From: Octopus sinensis
Taxonomy: Eukaryota
Assembly (NCBI RefSeq): GCF_006345805.1
Contig: NC_043005.1
Coordinates: 12,648,001-12,712,000 of the forward strand
DNA: 64,000 bases
Reading direction: 5' to 3'
Below are positions 1 through 12,899 of this stretch, piece after piece. The position numbers and the translations under genes were made by a program. The notes below the pieces were generated by a model. That model was not told where the DNA came from. It searched no databases and saw nothing but the letters and a program-made list of their open reading frames with translations. How positions within the stretch are numbered: the first letter of the stretch is position 1; every line of letters begins with the position of its first letter.

Positions 1-13
1 CACTTTCTAAAAC

Positions 14-115
14 TGATGATGATGATGATGATGATGGCAACGACGACGACGCCGATGATGATGATAATGATGATGATGATGATAATGATGATGATGATGA
101 TAATAGCAATGATGC
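14..115 (+). repeat. (GAT/AAT)n trinucleotide microsatellite
   Basis: Direct reading of the sequence. Confidence 0.9.
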
Positions 116-1644
116 TGGTGATAATGTCCACTAGAATATCGCCATCATTTGGGTAAAAACTGGCAAAATTTCAGACAGACAACAGCTGTCAAGTGCTACA
201 TAACAAGATGGCTTGGTCACAGGCGGGTTGATTTTCATAATAACAACTCAAAACAAATCAATCTATATTGAAATACAGAATACTACAGAACCAACAAAGA
301 AATTTTCCTTAGACACTTGAGCTGCTCGAAATAGTAGCCAAATTTCAGTCAAGAATATGTAATCTTAGACGCAGTGTAACTGAATACGCACCAATAATAT
401 TTATTGATAATTACCATACGATTCAACGCGATATTAACTTTGCAATTTTATCTGATGTCAGCTTATGACAGACGTTGTTTTATGTTGAATATGACTGCAT
501 ATGTATACCTATGTGTTCGCGCGTTTATAAGATTTGGTTATGCATATTATTTGCATTGCTATATATGTACATATATATATATGTATATATATATATATCA
601 CTCACTTCTTATGCACACATACCCATACGTGTGTTGCATGTGTTCAGTGTGTGAGTCTATACGCAAACACACTCACTTAGAAAACTTAGATTAATTGAGA
701 TATGTTTCGGATTTTATTGGGTATGACTAACTGTATTGCAACACGTAATAAAGTTCTTCCAGTGTGATTAGATTGTGCTTTGTGTCACCATATCTTACAC
801 AACTACGAACTGCTGTTGGCCGAAACGCATCTGTTTATAGCTGTTTTGTCTAGTATACCCCGCGAGGATTTTGTCAAGGTACAGTTTGCAGGTTGTGGGG
901 GTCTTTTTCTTTTTTGGTTAGATGTGGTATAAATTTTTTTAAATGCCAACTATGATTGAGGTCAGATAGTAATATCTATTTCTTTACTACCCACAAGGTG
1001 CTATAGTACCCACAAGGGTCAAATAGTAATATCATGCCTTTGATTGCTGTGAGAATGATTTTCTTAAAGGTGTATGGCATTAGTTGATTTTTAAAGTTGA
1101 TGTTAAGATCGTTTGAATAAAGCTGTTGGCATGTTTTCCCCCATTTTTTGGATTTGTAGCTCTTACAATAACATTGAAAGGAAAAGTTTTTGTGTTTTGA
1201 AGTGATCCCAGTTATCAAGGGTTGCCATGCGGCAATTCGTAGCTGGTCTTCTTAGGGCCAAGCTGATATATTGTTCATGAAAATGGCATGAGTTGATGGT
1301 ACCTCTCTCAGTGTAAACCCGTAACTTAGAGAGAAGTAATTGGTGAGGGCACTTGGTGTTCAGGGAAACCTCGGACAGTGTGGTTTGTCGATTATCCCTT
1401 GAGGTCCCTGTGTATCAGGAGGGCTACATCTCTATCATCTTCTTCATCTCTATCATCCTTCCCATCTCTATCATCCTTTTTCTAGCCTCTGTATGCTATC
1501 TATATATCCCGTCTTTTTCAGTGTATACCGTGTATACTTATCTTTTTCTTATTATTTCTATCATAAACCCAAACAATTTTTATTGTTCCCTTCATCCTCC
1601 GCCCCGGTGACAAATAAATGGAAACAATATCATTGTTATCACTA

Positions 1645-1726
1645 ATGATAATAATAATTATTATTAATAATTATAATTATAATTATAATTATAATTACTA
1701 TAATAATAATAATAATAATAATAATA

Positions 1727-1774
<48 letters not shown>

Positions 1775-1832
1775 GTTATTATTGTTGTTGTTGTTGTTGT
1801 TGTTATTATTATTATTATTATTTATTATTTAT
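1645..1832 (+). repeat. Compound (AAT)/(ATT)/(GTT) microsatellite at the 3' end of an R4/Dong element
   Basis: Direct reading; on the minus strand it is an (AAT/AAC)n tail after the element 3' UTR. Confidence 0.95.
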
Positions 1833-1833
1833 T

Positions 1834-3250
1834 ACCTTTGCAAAGCTTCTAACGCTGGAGATGTACTACAGTGTCAGCTGTTCACTACCTGTGAACTAAG
1901 GTAACACCTCTTATTTTTCGAGCACCTTCCGGAGTATACGTCCGGTTCCAAGCAGTGTTGTTTTCTGCAAGTTCTCCACCTTTATTGCAGCCCCGATTTG
2001 TTCCACATACTTCTCGAGATTTTTGCTCACTGTTCCCAGGACTCTGACACAACTGCTACCTTTTTCATCGACCACAACTGCTTAACTTCCCAAGCTAATC
2101 TGTCATATCTCTCGACTTTTCTTTCTTCCTTATCGCATACCTTGTTGTCATCTGGGTATGCTATATCTATGATCCAGCATAGTTTATTTTCTTTCTCAAT
2201 TAAAACTACGTCCGGTTTCCTATTCTCAATCTCATAGTCACACTGAATCATAAAATCCCATAGGATCTTTGCATTTTTATTTTCCACGATGACTTCGGGT
2301 TTATGGTCGTACCAATATGTTGCTCTGTCAAGTCCATACTTGCTGCAGAGTGTCCAATGGACAAGCCTGGCTATATCGTCGTGGCGTCTCTTATATTCCT
2401 TCTGGGCTAGTGGCGTACATTGGCTGGTAATATGCCATACGGTTTCACCATTTTGTCCACAGATTCTGCGCTTATCACTTTCTGCTGTGTTGTCTATTCT
2501 GTATTTTATGTAGTTTGTGCTTAGTACTTGCTCTTGGGCAGCACAGATTAGAGCCTCCGTTTCCGGTTTTACATCACTTTTAGTCATCCATAGCCATCTT
2601 TCTTTTCTGTTTGTCTTATCTTCAACGTCCCTATGAAATTGACCATGCATTCTTTTCTTTACCCACCTATTTTCAGTTTCATTCGATTTGAAATCTTTCA
2701 ACCTACACAAGACTGATTATCTTATTTCTAATAATAGCGGTTCTGTGGCATTTTTTACATACCATGCTATGTTGTTTTCTTCTACTCTAATGCTGTGTTC
2801 GAATCCAATAAGTCCTTTTCCTCCTCTCTTTCTTGGTACATACAGTCTGTCTGTGTCATTTTTGGGGTGGACTGTTCCATATCGAGTTAGTAACTTCCTT
2901 CTCTTTCTGTCTAAGCTGTTTAATTCGTCTAATGGCCATGTGATTGCCCTTGCTCCATGTCTAAGGAGTGAAACCGCCCAGGTGTTGATAGCTTTAATCT
3001 TATTCCGTCCGTTTAATTTCGACTTAAGGATCAGTCTCAGTCTGCGCAAGTACTCCACCTTAATTTTTTGTCATTTCTTTCTCCATCAATTTATCCATTT
3101 CAAAAATCCCCAAGTGCTTATAATCCGTCTCTTCTATCTGCTTCATAACCTCCCCCGACGGTATTGCTAGCCCGTCCATACATTTGATTTTGCCTCTTTT
3201 CACTACTAACACAACATACTTTCTCAGTCCGAACTCCATTCTGATATTTA
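1834..3250 (-). mobile_element. 5'-truncated R4/Dong-type non-LTR retrotransposon (RT C-terminus, zinc knuckle, restriction-like endonuclease), pseudogenised
   Basis: Translations RMEFGLRKYVVLVVKRGK..YKHLGI, KSKLNGRNKIKAINTWAV, DRLYVPRKRGGKGL, RRICGQNGETVWHITSQC, RHD, RKPDVVLIEK..IIDIA, LRKVLEK* (stop at 1911-1913); stops and frameshifts present. Confidence 0.9.
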
Positions 3251-3251
3251 C

Positions 3252-3331
<80 letters not shown>

Positions 3332-3470
3332 TCATCATCGTCGTCGTCGTCGTCGTCATCATCATCATCGTCATCGACATCGTCATCATCGTCGTCATGG
3401 TCATCATCATCATCATCGTGGTCGTCGTCATCATCGTCGTCGTCATCATCATCATCTTCATCATCATTAT
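3252..3470 (-). repeat. (GAT/GAC/GGT)n microsatellite
   Basis: Direct reading; source of the poly-D, poly-M and poly-I ORFs in the track. Confidence 0.95.
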
Positions 3471-3471
3471 T

Positions 3472-4025
3472 GTGTGACAGAGCAGTGCATGCCATCAAAT
3501 TGATACTGAGATACAATATACGAAGCCCAGAATACCTACCATGACTACTCATTTGATCAAGGTACACCAGACACATGCATCACAACTATACGTGCGCGAC
3601 ATGGTGATATGATATCAAGATAAACAGAGCATGACCTTGCAGGTAGGAGCCAGTTAGAATTTTTTTCAGGTCGAGTAGCCAATCCTGCTCAAAAGGTTTC
3701 TGATTAAGGGTCGTTTAAGGATGTTGAACGATACACCCAGGTCTCCAGAGGTGCATTATTCAAATGCCAAAGAATTCCTCTGAATACATGGCTATAATGC
3801 TCCCCCACAATTTCTGCTCGTGATCAGAGAAGCACATATCATCATCCACTAAGGAACATGCTCAACTGGTTAAAGTTAAACAATTGACGGGCAAATCTCG
3901 AATACTGAACAGAACATTGGTTGTAGCGCATGTTTTACGCCAAGACTAAACAATGTACATGATAACACTTCCAATAAGTTAAGATCCGAAGCCATGAGAG
4001 TCAGTGCTTGGTTCAGATATTGTAT
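3472..4025 (-). mobile_element. Unclassified ~555-bp non-coding retroposon associated with (AAT)n, full-length diverged copy
   Basis: Reverse complement aligns along its length with 40592-41149 (ctctcatggcttc.gatcttaac ... ttgatggcatgcactgctct). Confidence 0.8.
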
Positions 4026-4469
4026 ATCTAAACCACCATTATTTAATGTCTGCTTCGACTTAGCAAAAAATTTAGCTGCTGCTTCTAATAGCTCGAATGA
4101 GAGCACATAGGCTAAATAAATGGATTTTTGTCATGTAGTATAAAATAAATGGATTTTTGTCATGTAGCATAAAGTTGAAGTCTGTGGTAGTTGCTGTTGT
4201 TGTTTCCTTCCAGATCAGTCACACTATCAATGTCAATCCAGCTATGACTACTCCATCTATTTTCTTTCTTGTTAGCATCTAACTGCAGATATATATCTCA
4301 AAGCTTCCTTTTTCGGTACCTAAATGATTGCAAGACTGTTTTGGCAGCAGATGTAAAGAATTTTTATTATTTCATTTTCAAGCTGTACGTTTTGTTTAAT
4401 AAAAACGGTATGGTATTTACTTTAGCGTTTTTGTTGGCACTTAGTATCGCATGACAATTTATAGCAACA

Positions 4470-5075
<606 letters not shown>

Positions 5076-5904
5076 ACCTATATCTAAACGTATATCATCA
5101 TCACCATCACCATCATCCTCATCATCATCGTCTTACATCCGCTTTCCTTGCTGGCATGCATATACACTCGTAATATCACTGGCATAAAAACGTCACGAAC
5201 GGAGCCAAATCGTACTGCATAATGTCATACATAGACACATGCACAAACACGCTCACACGCAAACTCACGCGCACTCACGCATACACAAACACACGCACAC
5301 ATACACATACATAAACACAAACGCGCGTACACCTAGAGTTGTGCAGGCACACAGGCATACACACATCCACACGACGCATACATTGCACATAGACACGCAT
5401 GCACATGCGCACAAGTGGCACAATATTCACATATACATATTCTGAGACACCGTCGTCGGGTTTCACTGACGGCGACACCAACCTAGATTCCTTCCTGTTA
5501 AGTCTTTGAAATTAATGTAGGAAGGAACCAACATTGGTTTTGAATCGAATTCCTACGCATGTGATTTGTCGCTTTTACGTATATAATAACTGTATATATT
5601 TACCATTTCGTCCCAAACGGAAACCTCCAGTTCTTTAATGAAAAGCTATAGTTTCCGTCAAAGTACCGTATATATCTCGCTAGTACTTCTATAATTTGAA
5701 GAATTCAATTTGTATAGAGGTTTCCATAGCTAGCATAAAATGGCAATGAACTAGGTTGAACTATACACTTTGAATTTCTATTGAGTTGCCTTTTACTTGT
5801 TTCGGTCATTAGACTGCAGCCATGCTCGGGTGCTTTATTGAAGAATTTTTACTCGAATGAATCGAGTTCGGTGCGTTTATTTTATATTTTATATTTTTAC
5901 GCTG

Positions 5905-6025
5905 GGTACTTATTTCTTATTTCTTTATTGCCCACAAGGGAATAAACATAGAAGGGGACAAACAAGGACAGACAAAGGGATTAAGTCGATTACATCGACC
6001 CCAGTGCGTAACTGGTACTTAATTT
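5905..6025 (-). mobile_element. SINE family B, 3' fragment
   Basis: Matches the tail of 11649-12064 (gtaccagttacgcactggggtcgatgtaatcgacttaatccc ... cccttgtgggcaataaagaaat). Confidence 0.8.
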
Positions 6026-7930
6026 ATTTAATGATGGAGATGGTGGCGGCGGCGGTGGCGGTAGTGGTGGTTGTTGTGTTTGAGGTGGTGTGATGGCGCT
6101 GGTGGTGCTATTGCTTTTGTTGTTGTTGTTGTTACTGTTGTTATTGTTCTTGTTCCTGTTGTTGTTACTGCTTCAGTAAAAATTCATCTCTGGCAGAGCA
6201 AACCTTCAACCAGTGCCGTACAAGTCATGGTTACCTTCACGTATTTTCAGCAATGATATAGAACTACATTATTTAGTTTGCTATTCTTCCTTGTTTATGG
6301 CGGTAGAGTGTGGTTTGAGAAAGAAATGGCTACTATCTCTCACAAGACTAGTTTTTTTTATTGTTTGTATTTACTGCTGTTTGGCTTAGGTCGGCGCTAA
6401 CCTCTCAGACCTCTGATCATAAGTCTTCCACTCACAGTCGTCCAGTTCTTTTACAAGTGTAGTGCATCAAAGACTACATTATCCAATGCGTTCTGTTTTT
6501 ATAAAAACTGGTTTTGATTTTTAGCGAGATTAAACTACTTCATAGAGATAACTATATTGTTTCCAGAATTGCTTATAGCTTACACCTATGTGACTTTGAA
6601 TACATGCGCCTGGATCTAACACCATATATAGTATTTGGCTGTCTGTGGAACTGCATTTTGTTGATGTAGCTGACTTTTATGGCTATTTGTTTTTAGGCTA
6701 ATCAACATGATGCTGACTGTGCAATCTTCCGTAAATTATGTCACACCGAGATACAAACCATTCCTACAGAGTGCATATGATGCGTGTTTTCAGTTGGAGC
6801 GATAAAGATTAAAGAAGCGTATTTTATATGTGCCTCACAAACTGGATTTATAAGGTTCTCTCTCACGTACCCATTATCAGTTTGATTGTTTTGTTACAGA
6901 TTTCCTTTTGCATAATAGCGTCCACGATACCGTAGAGATGTATAGCAACTATTAAGGATTTGCTAATTTATGTTCATCCTCGAGGTTTTAAACAATCTAT
7001 CAGAATCATACGTTTCGCAAATTTTGTATCCAGCTTCCAGCTCAACGCTGCTGGAAAATTTCAGTAGGAACCGCAAACGTATTAATTAATAACGAAAATA
7101 ATTTCAATATAAATTCAAGCATTTACTAACAAATCTTCAAAGCAACAGAATGTTAAATTCCACCCTATGGTAGCATATACGACATTCAATAAAGCAAACA
7201 ACCGATGAAACCAAGCGGTTGCCTCTCAGCTCATATCGGTGGTACTTGATTAACACACAAAAGAGTTTGAACTACTTAACGGCAATGACAGAGCTTTGAT
7301 GATAGCGGCGGAAAATCACAAAATCATTGTCATTGATACTATAAACATGCAGCTTCCTTAATTGCTAATTATTTCAGGTTCAAATGCTATTTATTGCAAC
7401 TTCTCAATGCAGCATTCGGAATGACCAGATGACTGCATCAAAGAGCTAATGAATATTAGCTACTGGAAATTTGGAAAAGCAGACTAATTACTCCGCTTAA
7501 GTGAATCAAATCAGCGCGCATTTAACATCGTCACTCGACCTACTAGAAACAGCAGCCAGATATGCATCATGTCGTAACTTAGTGTCTTGAAACGAAAGAA
7601 ACAAATGCATTTACTCGCATGAAAGAAAATGATTTTTTTAATTATATATATATATTTAAATTCTGATAAAAAAAATTATGAGATGACAGCAGAGTCAACA
7701 CCTGTAATTACAGGTTTATTGAGTGAAGGCTGAGCTGGAGCAATTAAAGATCAATATTCGAAACTATTAGTATAGTTTGGTCTGGCTAGTGATTTTGCAA
7801 CAGTAGCATGACCATATTGGCAAACTAGTATACAATTCGAATAATTATAGTTGGTAGATACTAAGTGATTTTATATTCATTTCCCATATATATATTTAGC
7901 GCTGCTCAGTGTTATCTTTTATATATTGTA

Positions 7931-8339
7931 CTAGCAGTATCGCCCGGCGTTGCTCGGGTTTGTAAGGGAAATAACTATGTAAGCATTTTTAGAGATGTAA
8001 AGTATAATAGCCATCTCAATATGGCTAACCACAAAGGGGGGGGGTTGTTACTGTAGCTTTTTACGTTCTGAGATTTAATAATAAATCTTTAGAGAGTTAC
8101 TTCCCATATATATGCCAAAAATGCATTAAAAATGGGAAAAATTGATGGTAAATATTTTTTTAAATTGTAGACTCATCGTAGACGCGCGCTAATACCCAGA
8201 AGGGCTCGATATGAATCACGACTATAAGATACCCGGTTTTGGTTAAACTGCACCGCAAAATGTGGGAGTAGTTAGGAATCTAAATCGTAGGAGACAGACA
8301 GCACACAACCTCACTTTTATATATAAAGATAAGGCGTGC
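7931..8339 (-). mobile_element. Non-autonomous Helitron, complete
   Basis: Minus strand starts A|TC (tctttatatataaaag) and ends with hairpin cccgagcaacgccggg, then cgatactgCTAG|T: canonical Helitron termini in an AT target. Second copy at 39032-39376. Confidence 0.85.
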
Positions 8340-8402
8340 ATTTTCAGTTCACATTACCTGCGGAGGATCTGTAACTTCTTGGTAACAGCGGTAATTGTAA
8401 AT

Positions 8403-8453
<51 letters not shown>

Positions 8454-8455
<2 letters not shown>

Positions 8456-8648
8456 TTTACTTGTTTCAGTCATTTGACTGCGGCCACCAGCTTTAGTCGA
8501 GCAAATCGACCCTGGGACTTACTCTTTGTAAGCCTAGTACTTATTCTATTGGTTTTTTTATTGCCGAACCGCTAAGTTACGGGGACATAAACACACCAGC
8601 ATCGGTTGTCAAGTGATGTTAGGGGGGGGGACAAACACAGACATACAA

Positions 8649-8679
<31 letters not shown>

Positions 8680-8856
8680 CATATACATATATACAACGGG
8701 CTTCTTTCAGTTTCCGTCTACCAAATCCACTCACAAGACTTTTGTCGACCCGAGGCTATAGTAGAAAACACTTGCCCAAGGTGCCACGACGTGGGACTGA
8801 ACCCGGAACCATGTGGTTGATAAGCAAGCTACTTACCACACAGCCACTCTTGCGCC
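8454..8856 (-). mobile_element. tRNA-derived SINE family A (head GGCGCAGGAGTGGCTGTGTGGTAAG; internal TA/TG tract)
   Basis: A-box/B-box-like head (tggctgtgtgg, ggttcagtccc); more than 10 homologous copies in the window. Confidence 0.9.
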
Positions 8857-8984
8857 AATCAGGTATTATTTCTCCATAGCATGAAATTTGGTTTTACCAT
8901 TTAGATACTATCATAAGAATTACAATCTTCTGTTCACATTTTTCACATATATTTCATTTCTAACTAGAATTTTTCACACTTGCA

Positions 8985-9203
8985 TACGGGGTGGGAGGCT
9001 AAAAAGTTCATGGCTTTAAGAGTACCGCGAAAGGCTTGGTTGGAAGCCTAATCTTCTGAGTTCTTTTATAGTGCTCGGAGAAACCGAAGGACTGCTGCAA
9101 TTATTGAATCTGAGAGAGGAATATGTTGAATAAAATCATAATTAACTGATCCTCGTGTATATTCTTTTACTCAAAGCCAGGAACATTTCAGCAGCCCCTC
9201 ATA
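8985..9203. mobile_element. Mariner-derived MITE
   Basis: Imperfect TIRs tacggggtgggaggctaaaaagttcatggcttt / aaagccaggaacatttcagcagcccctcata with TA ends; interior retains the EYVE* transposase C-terminus, homologous to 21709-21960. Confidence 0.7.
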
Positions 9204-10664
9204 AATGTTCCGTTTCTTTGCTTTATATATTTATGTCTGAGGCATATTTACTATGGGAGGGATCTTTTATATTACGGTTTTTAATTACCAGATCTGGTTG
9301 CTAATTTTCATTTGTTCAAACCATACCTTAAAATCTATTCGAAATGGCAAGATACTGTCAATGTCCCATAATTACAACTTTAGTAAATATACTAAATTCT
9401 TGTAATCATACTACAACCTTTAGCTTTTGGTCGCATAATTTGCTTTTAAATCTCTTATGATGGTGTTGCAAAGCTCGATGTTCCTGTAAAAGAATTCTCT
9501 GCAGCCCCTTGTCCTCCAGATTGCCTCAGTTGAAACAACCATGTTTTTCCTCTTCATCACCACACTTTTTCTTCACCTTCCGGGCCCAATGCTAAAAACT
9601 TTACTATTACTTCATCCTGATAGCTATACTCTTCTGAACTTCTACTCTTTGTTCCTTCAGTCGAGAACGGGCAGCAATGCCAAATGACTATTAAATGCTT
9701 GTATATCACCATTCTTGAAGGGCCAAAAATTCTACCGTCTTCTTTTCTTTAGTAATCGATACTAAAAAGCAGACACAACTCACACACTCTCTTTTAGTTA
9801 AGAATTTTTTCTAAAGCTTAACAATTGCTTGTTACTTGTTAAGTCTTTATTGTGTTACTTCTATTGTCAGTTCTCTCGGTGTCATTCTTCGTTCTCGCCG
9901 CTGATATAATTATAGAATAGATCAAGCGATTTAAGTTTCTGGCTTATATTTCATCTTCTTGGTGATGATATTTAAAACACCGTTGGCTTTCACTTTTGAA
10001 GTTTGTTTCTCGACATTTTGTCACAGATGTCTCTACATTGAATTTCTTTTACAGAAATCTTGCTTTTGAATTGCTGACTTTCTATATAATTTCAACCGTC
10101 TGGTTGTCGCTTTAATTGATATGTTCATTATCTAGATAACTAATTCATTAGTGTCACGGAAATAATTTACAGTATTTAGTTACGGCTAACCATGTTATGG
10201 GCGCAAACACTGCTGCCGTTTCCAAGTTTACTTTTTACACTTTCGGAGTTGATAAAATAAATCTAATTAGGTGTCAGCTTATTTGAGCTTGCTATCTTCC
10301 AAAATTAGCTTCGTATATCCATTGCCTTACATCTTTTCGTGATCGATAAAATAGTACCAGTTGAGTACTGGCGTCGAGGTAATTGCCTTAAACTCGCTCA
10401 CGAAATTGCTGGTCTTGTGTCAAAATTTGAAAGCATTAATATTGTGAAATATTTTTTCTTCAGTAAATTCGTCCGTATTTCCACTGCACCGCCTGGGAAA
10501 CATCCGTGTTCTTGAGGTTTTTGCAACACTGCGTTCTTATATTGATGAGGGCTGGGGTAGTATAGACTCCACCTGTTGGTTTACTACATCACTTTATTTT
10601 GATATATGGTCTCGTTTTTTTGTTCCTTCTTATATGAGCGAACAGGTCCATTGTGTGTGTAGTA

Positions 10665-10915
10665 TGTGTAACGTGAACATTATTTACATTCGGCAGATAT
10701 TTGTGCTCATCTTGTTTGTTGTTAACACAACGTTTCGGCTGATATGCCTTCCAGCCTTCTTCAGGTGTCTTGGGAAATTTCGAACCTGGGTTCTCATTCC
10801 TTAGGTATTTTTCGATATTATTATTATTGTTGTTGTTGTTCAAGTCACTGCTTGGTATCGAACTCGGAATCTTGAGGTTAGTAACCGGCTCTCTTAACCA
10901 CTACACCAAATGCCC
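10665..10915 (-). mobile_element. tRNA-headed SINE-like element (family E) carrying a hammerhead ribozyme
   Basis: Minus strand: tRNA-like head gggcatttggtgtagtggttaagagagccggttactaacctcaagattccgagttcgatacc (10915-10843), short (AAC/AAT)n, body, hammerhead, and a tail ending in tgtaaataatg. Confidence 0.75.
10724..10769 (-). ncRNA. Type-I minimal hammerhead ribozyme motif (helix III ACGU, GUU cleavage triplet)
   Basis: gacac CUGAAGA a GGCUG gaaggcauau CAGCC GAAA CG UU GUGUU: intact core, 5-bp helix II, 5-bp helix I (4 Watson-Crick plus 1 G-U). Confidence 0.8.
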
Positions 10916-10937
10916 TTGGGCATAACAACAACGACAA

Positions 10938-10993
<56 letters not shown>

Positions 10994-11010
10994 TAATAAT
11001 AATAATAATA

Positions 11011-11162
11011 ACATCGAAAAATACCTTAGGAATGAGTACCCAGGTTCGAAATTTCCCCAAGACATCTCATGATGTTAACAACAAATAAGATGAGGACAAA
11101 TATTCGTTGAATGTAAATAATGTAAATAATGTACATAATTCCTCACCCCTTAAATATAGAAC
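11011..11162 (+). mobile_element. Second family E body, inverted relative to the first, lacking the hammerhead core
   Basis: atcgaaaaataccttaggaatgagtacccaggttcgaaatttccccaagaca matches the first copy; the core is replaced by tctcatgat; preceded by (AAT)n at 10922-11010. Confidence 0.75.
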
Positions 11163-11214
11163 AGTATGAGTAACGTGAATTGTATTCTTCTACAGGGTTT
11201 TAAACGTCTATAAT

Positions 11215-12130
11215 ATACGAGGTGGTATTAGAACGTTCCCGGAGGTCTAATTCTGCAGTCCGCCAACAAATGGCAGTACACAATGCATGTGCAGCGAGAG
11301 CTAGCAGATGCCTTCGAGAGACAATGTGCTGACCAACATTACTGTGTTTACTCCGCAAGTTCTGAACTTTGTGTTTTTTGTGATCGTGTGTATACTGTAG
11401 TCTGCGATTTTTGTCATAGAAAGTTCGAACAAAGAGCTAAGGTGAAATTTTGCGTTAAACTTGGGAAGTCTTCTACAGAGACATTGAGCATGATTTGGCA
11501 AGCTTGCAGCAACGAGGTATTTGGGTCGCACGCGATGTTTCGAGTGGAACCGGTGCTTCTAAAGCGGAAGGGTTTCCCTGGAAGACGATGAACCATCTGG
11601 AAGACTTGCCACAAGCGACTTTCCCTGAAAGGTGGTATTGTACATCGAAGGTGGCGAGCTGGCAGAAACGTTAGCACACCGGGCGAAATGCTAAGCGGTA
11701 TTTCGTCTGCCGCTACGTTCTGAGTTCAAATTCCGCCGAGGTCAACTTTGCCTTTCATCCTTTCGGGGTCGATAAATTAAATACCAGTTACGCACTGGGG
11801 TCGATGTAATCGACTTAATCCCTTTGTCTGTCCTGGTTTGTCGCCTCTGTGTTTAGCCCCTTGTGGGTAGTAAATAAATAGGTATTTCGTCTGCCGCTGC
11901 GTTCTGAGTTCAAATTCCGCCGAGGTCGACTTTGCATTTCATTCTTTCGTGGTCGATAAATTAAGTACCAGTTACGCACTGGGGTCGATGTAATCGACTT
12001 AACCCCTTTGTCTGTCTTTGTTTGTCCCCTCTGTGTTTCGCCCCTTGTGGGTAGTAAAGAAATAGGTATTGTACATCGAGAACTCGTCCCCCGAGGCCAG
12101 ACCGTCAATTGGGAGTTCTGCGATGTTTGA
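11215..12130 (+). pseudogene. Mariner transposase relic, internally deleted and interrupted by a SINE
   Basis: TIR-like tatacgaggtggtattagaacgttcccgg; EQRAKVKFCVKLGKSSTETLSMI; after the SINE, VHRELVPRGQTVN (mariner consensus VHxEFVPxGQTVN). Confidence 0.8.
11649..12064 (+). mobile_element. SINE family B (head GGCGGCGAGCTGGCAGAAACGTTAGC), 1.8-mer with target-site duplication
   Basis: Full unit plus a headless unit joined at aaatag|gtatttcgtctgccg; 15-bp TSD ggtattgtacatcga at 11634-11648 and 12065-12079. The middle segment resembles the MetaSINE domain from memory (needs alignment). Confidence 0.9.
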
Positions 12131-12899
12131 AGCGTGTGCTTGTGTGTTATCTGCCGCACATCTTCAATGTGTGTACGTTGCTTCTTCGACGAGTAGACTG
12201 CGATTTTGCGTGATGGTAGTGATACCGCTGATATTACGGTAATTTCCAAGATGGCGGAGTTCTAATGGCGCAAATCATTGACTGTAGACTGTACTATAGT
12301 TAAAACCTTATCTTTCATAAGATCTGTCCAGAGTTACCTCTTTTAGATACTGATAACTGTTTGACAGCTAAAACATCGATGTCTGGAAATCCGACGGTGA
12401 TGACTCCGGGCAGGTATGGTGTTTCGACGCCATTTTACCACAAGAGAGAAATTTTCGCCGCAATAACAGCAGTGAATTTGTCTTGTAGCAGTCGAAGTAT
12501 GTCACAGACATATTTTAACGAACCTAAACTTTGAATATATATATATTTGTTGGAGGTGTATGTGGAGGATTGTAGAAGGTGTGTGTTTGTGTATGTGTGT
12601 GTGCGTGTATGTGTTTGTGAAGGCGCAGTCTCTAGTAGCGCTATATTCGTTATGTTGTGTACGCCTACACATCGTTGCGTTTTGGTTATATATTAGTTTC
12701 TTTTTCAGTCGTTATATTTTCATTTTATCTGTTTCTAGATTATTTTTGGACCGGCACATCGATAACAAAGCATTATCCGGTTAATTAGCCTTGTCTCTGT
12801 TGATTGGCATTTCCAGCGTATGGTCGCTTTGACATTCACTGATTATCTTTATTTCTGGTGTGTGTTTACATCACCTTAATGTCTGGCGTTGTTTAATGT

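Noticed and set aside
690-835. GAAAC motifs on both strands suggesting further hammerheads (also at about 7013, 26598, 48712 and 61391)
   Set aside because: The CUGAnGA core or the helices are missing or too damaged to support a call.
1020-1400. HQLLLSKLRVY on the minus strand, resembling a LINE RT segment
   Set aside because: A single short motif with no flanking RT motifs in frame.
5604-5645. Possible 42-nt minus-strand exon LFIKELEVSVWDEM (C2-domain-like LEVSVWD)
   Set aside because: Poor polypyrimidine tract, very short, and no neighbouring exons found; compatible with chance.
10843-10915. tRNA-like sequence (also the heads at 15833, 26190, 48146, 61077 and a fragment at about 42665)
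   Set aside because: These are SINE heads: the acceptor stems are incomplete and they run into repeat bodies. Not called as tRNA genes.
11649-12064. Regularly repeated units suggesting a CRISPR-like array (also 20342-21255 and 43335-43955)
   Set aside because: They are tandem SINE units without unique spacers; the context is eukaryotic and no cas genes are present.
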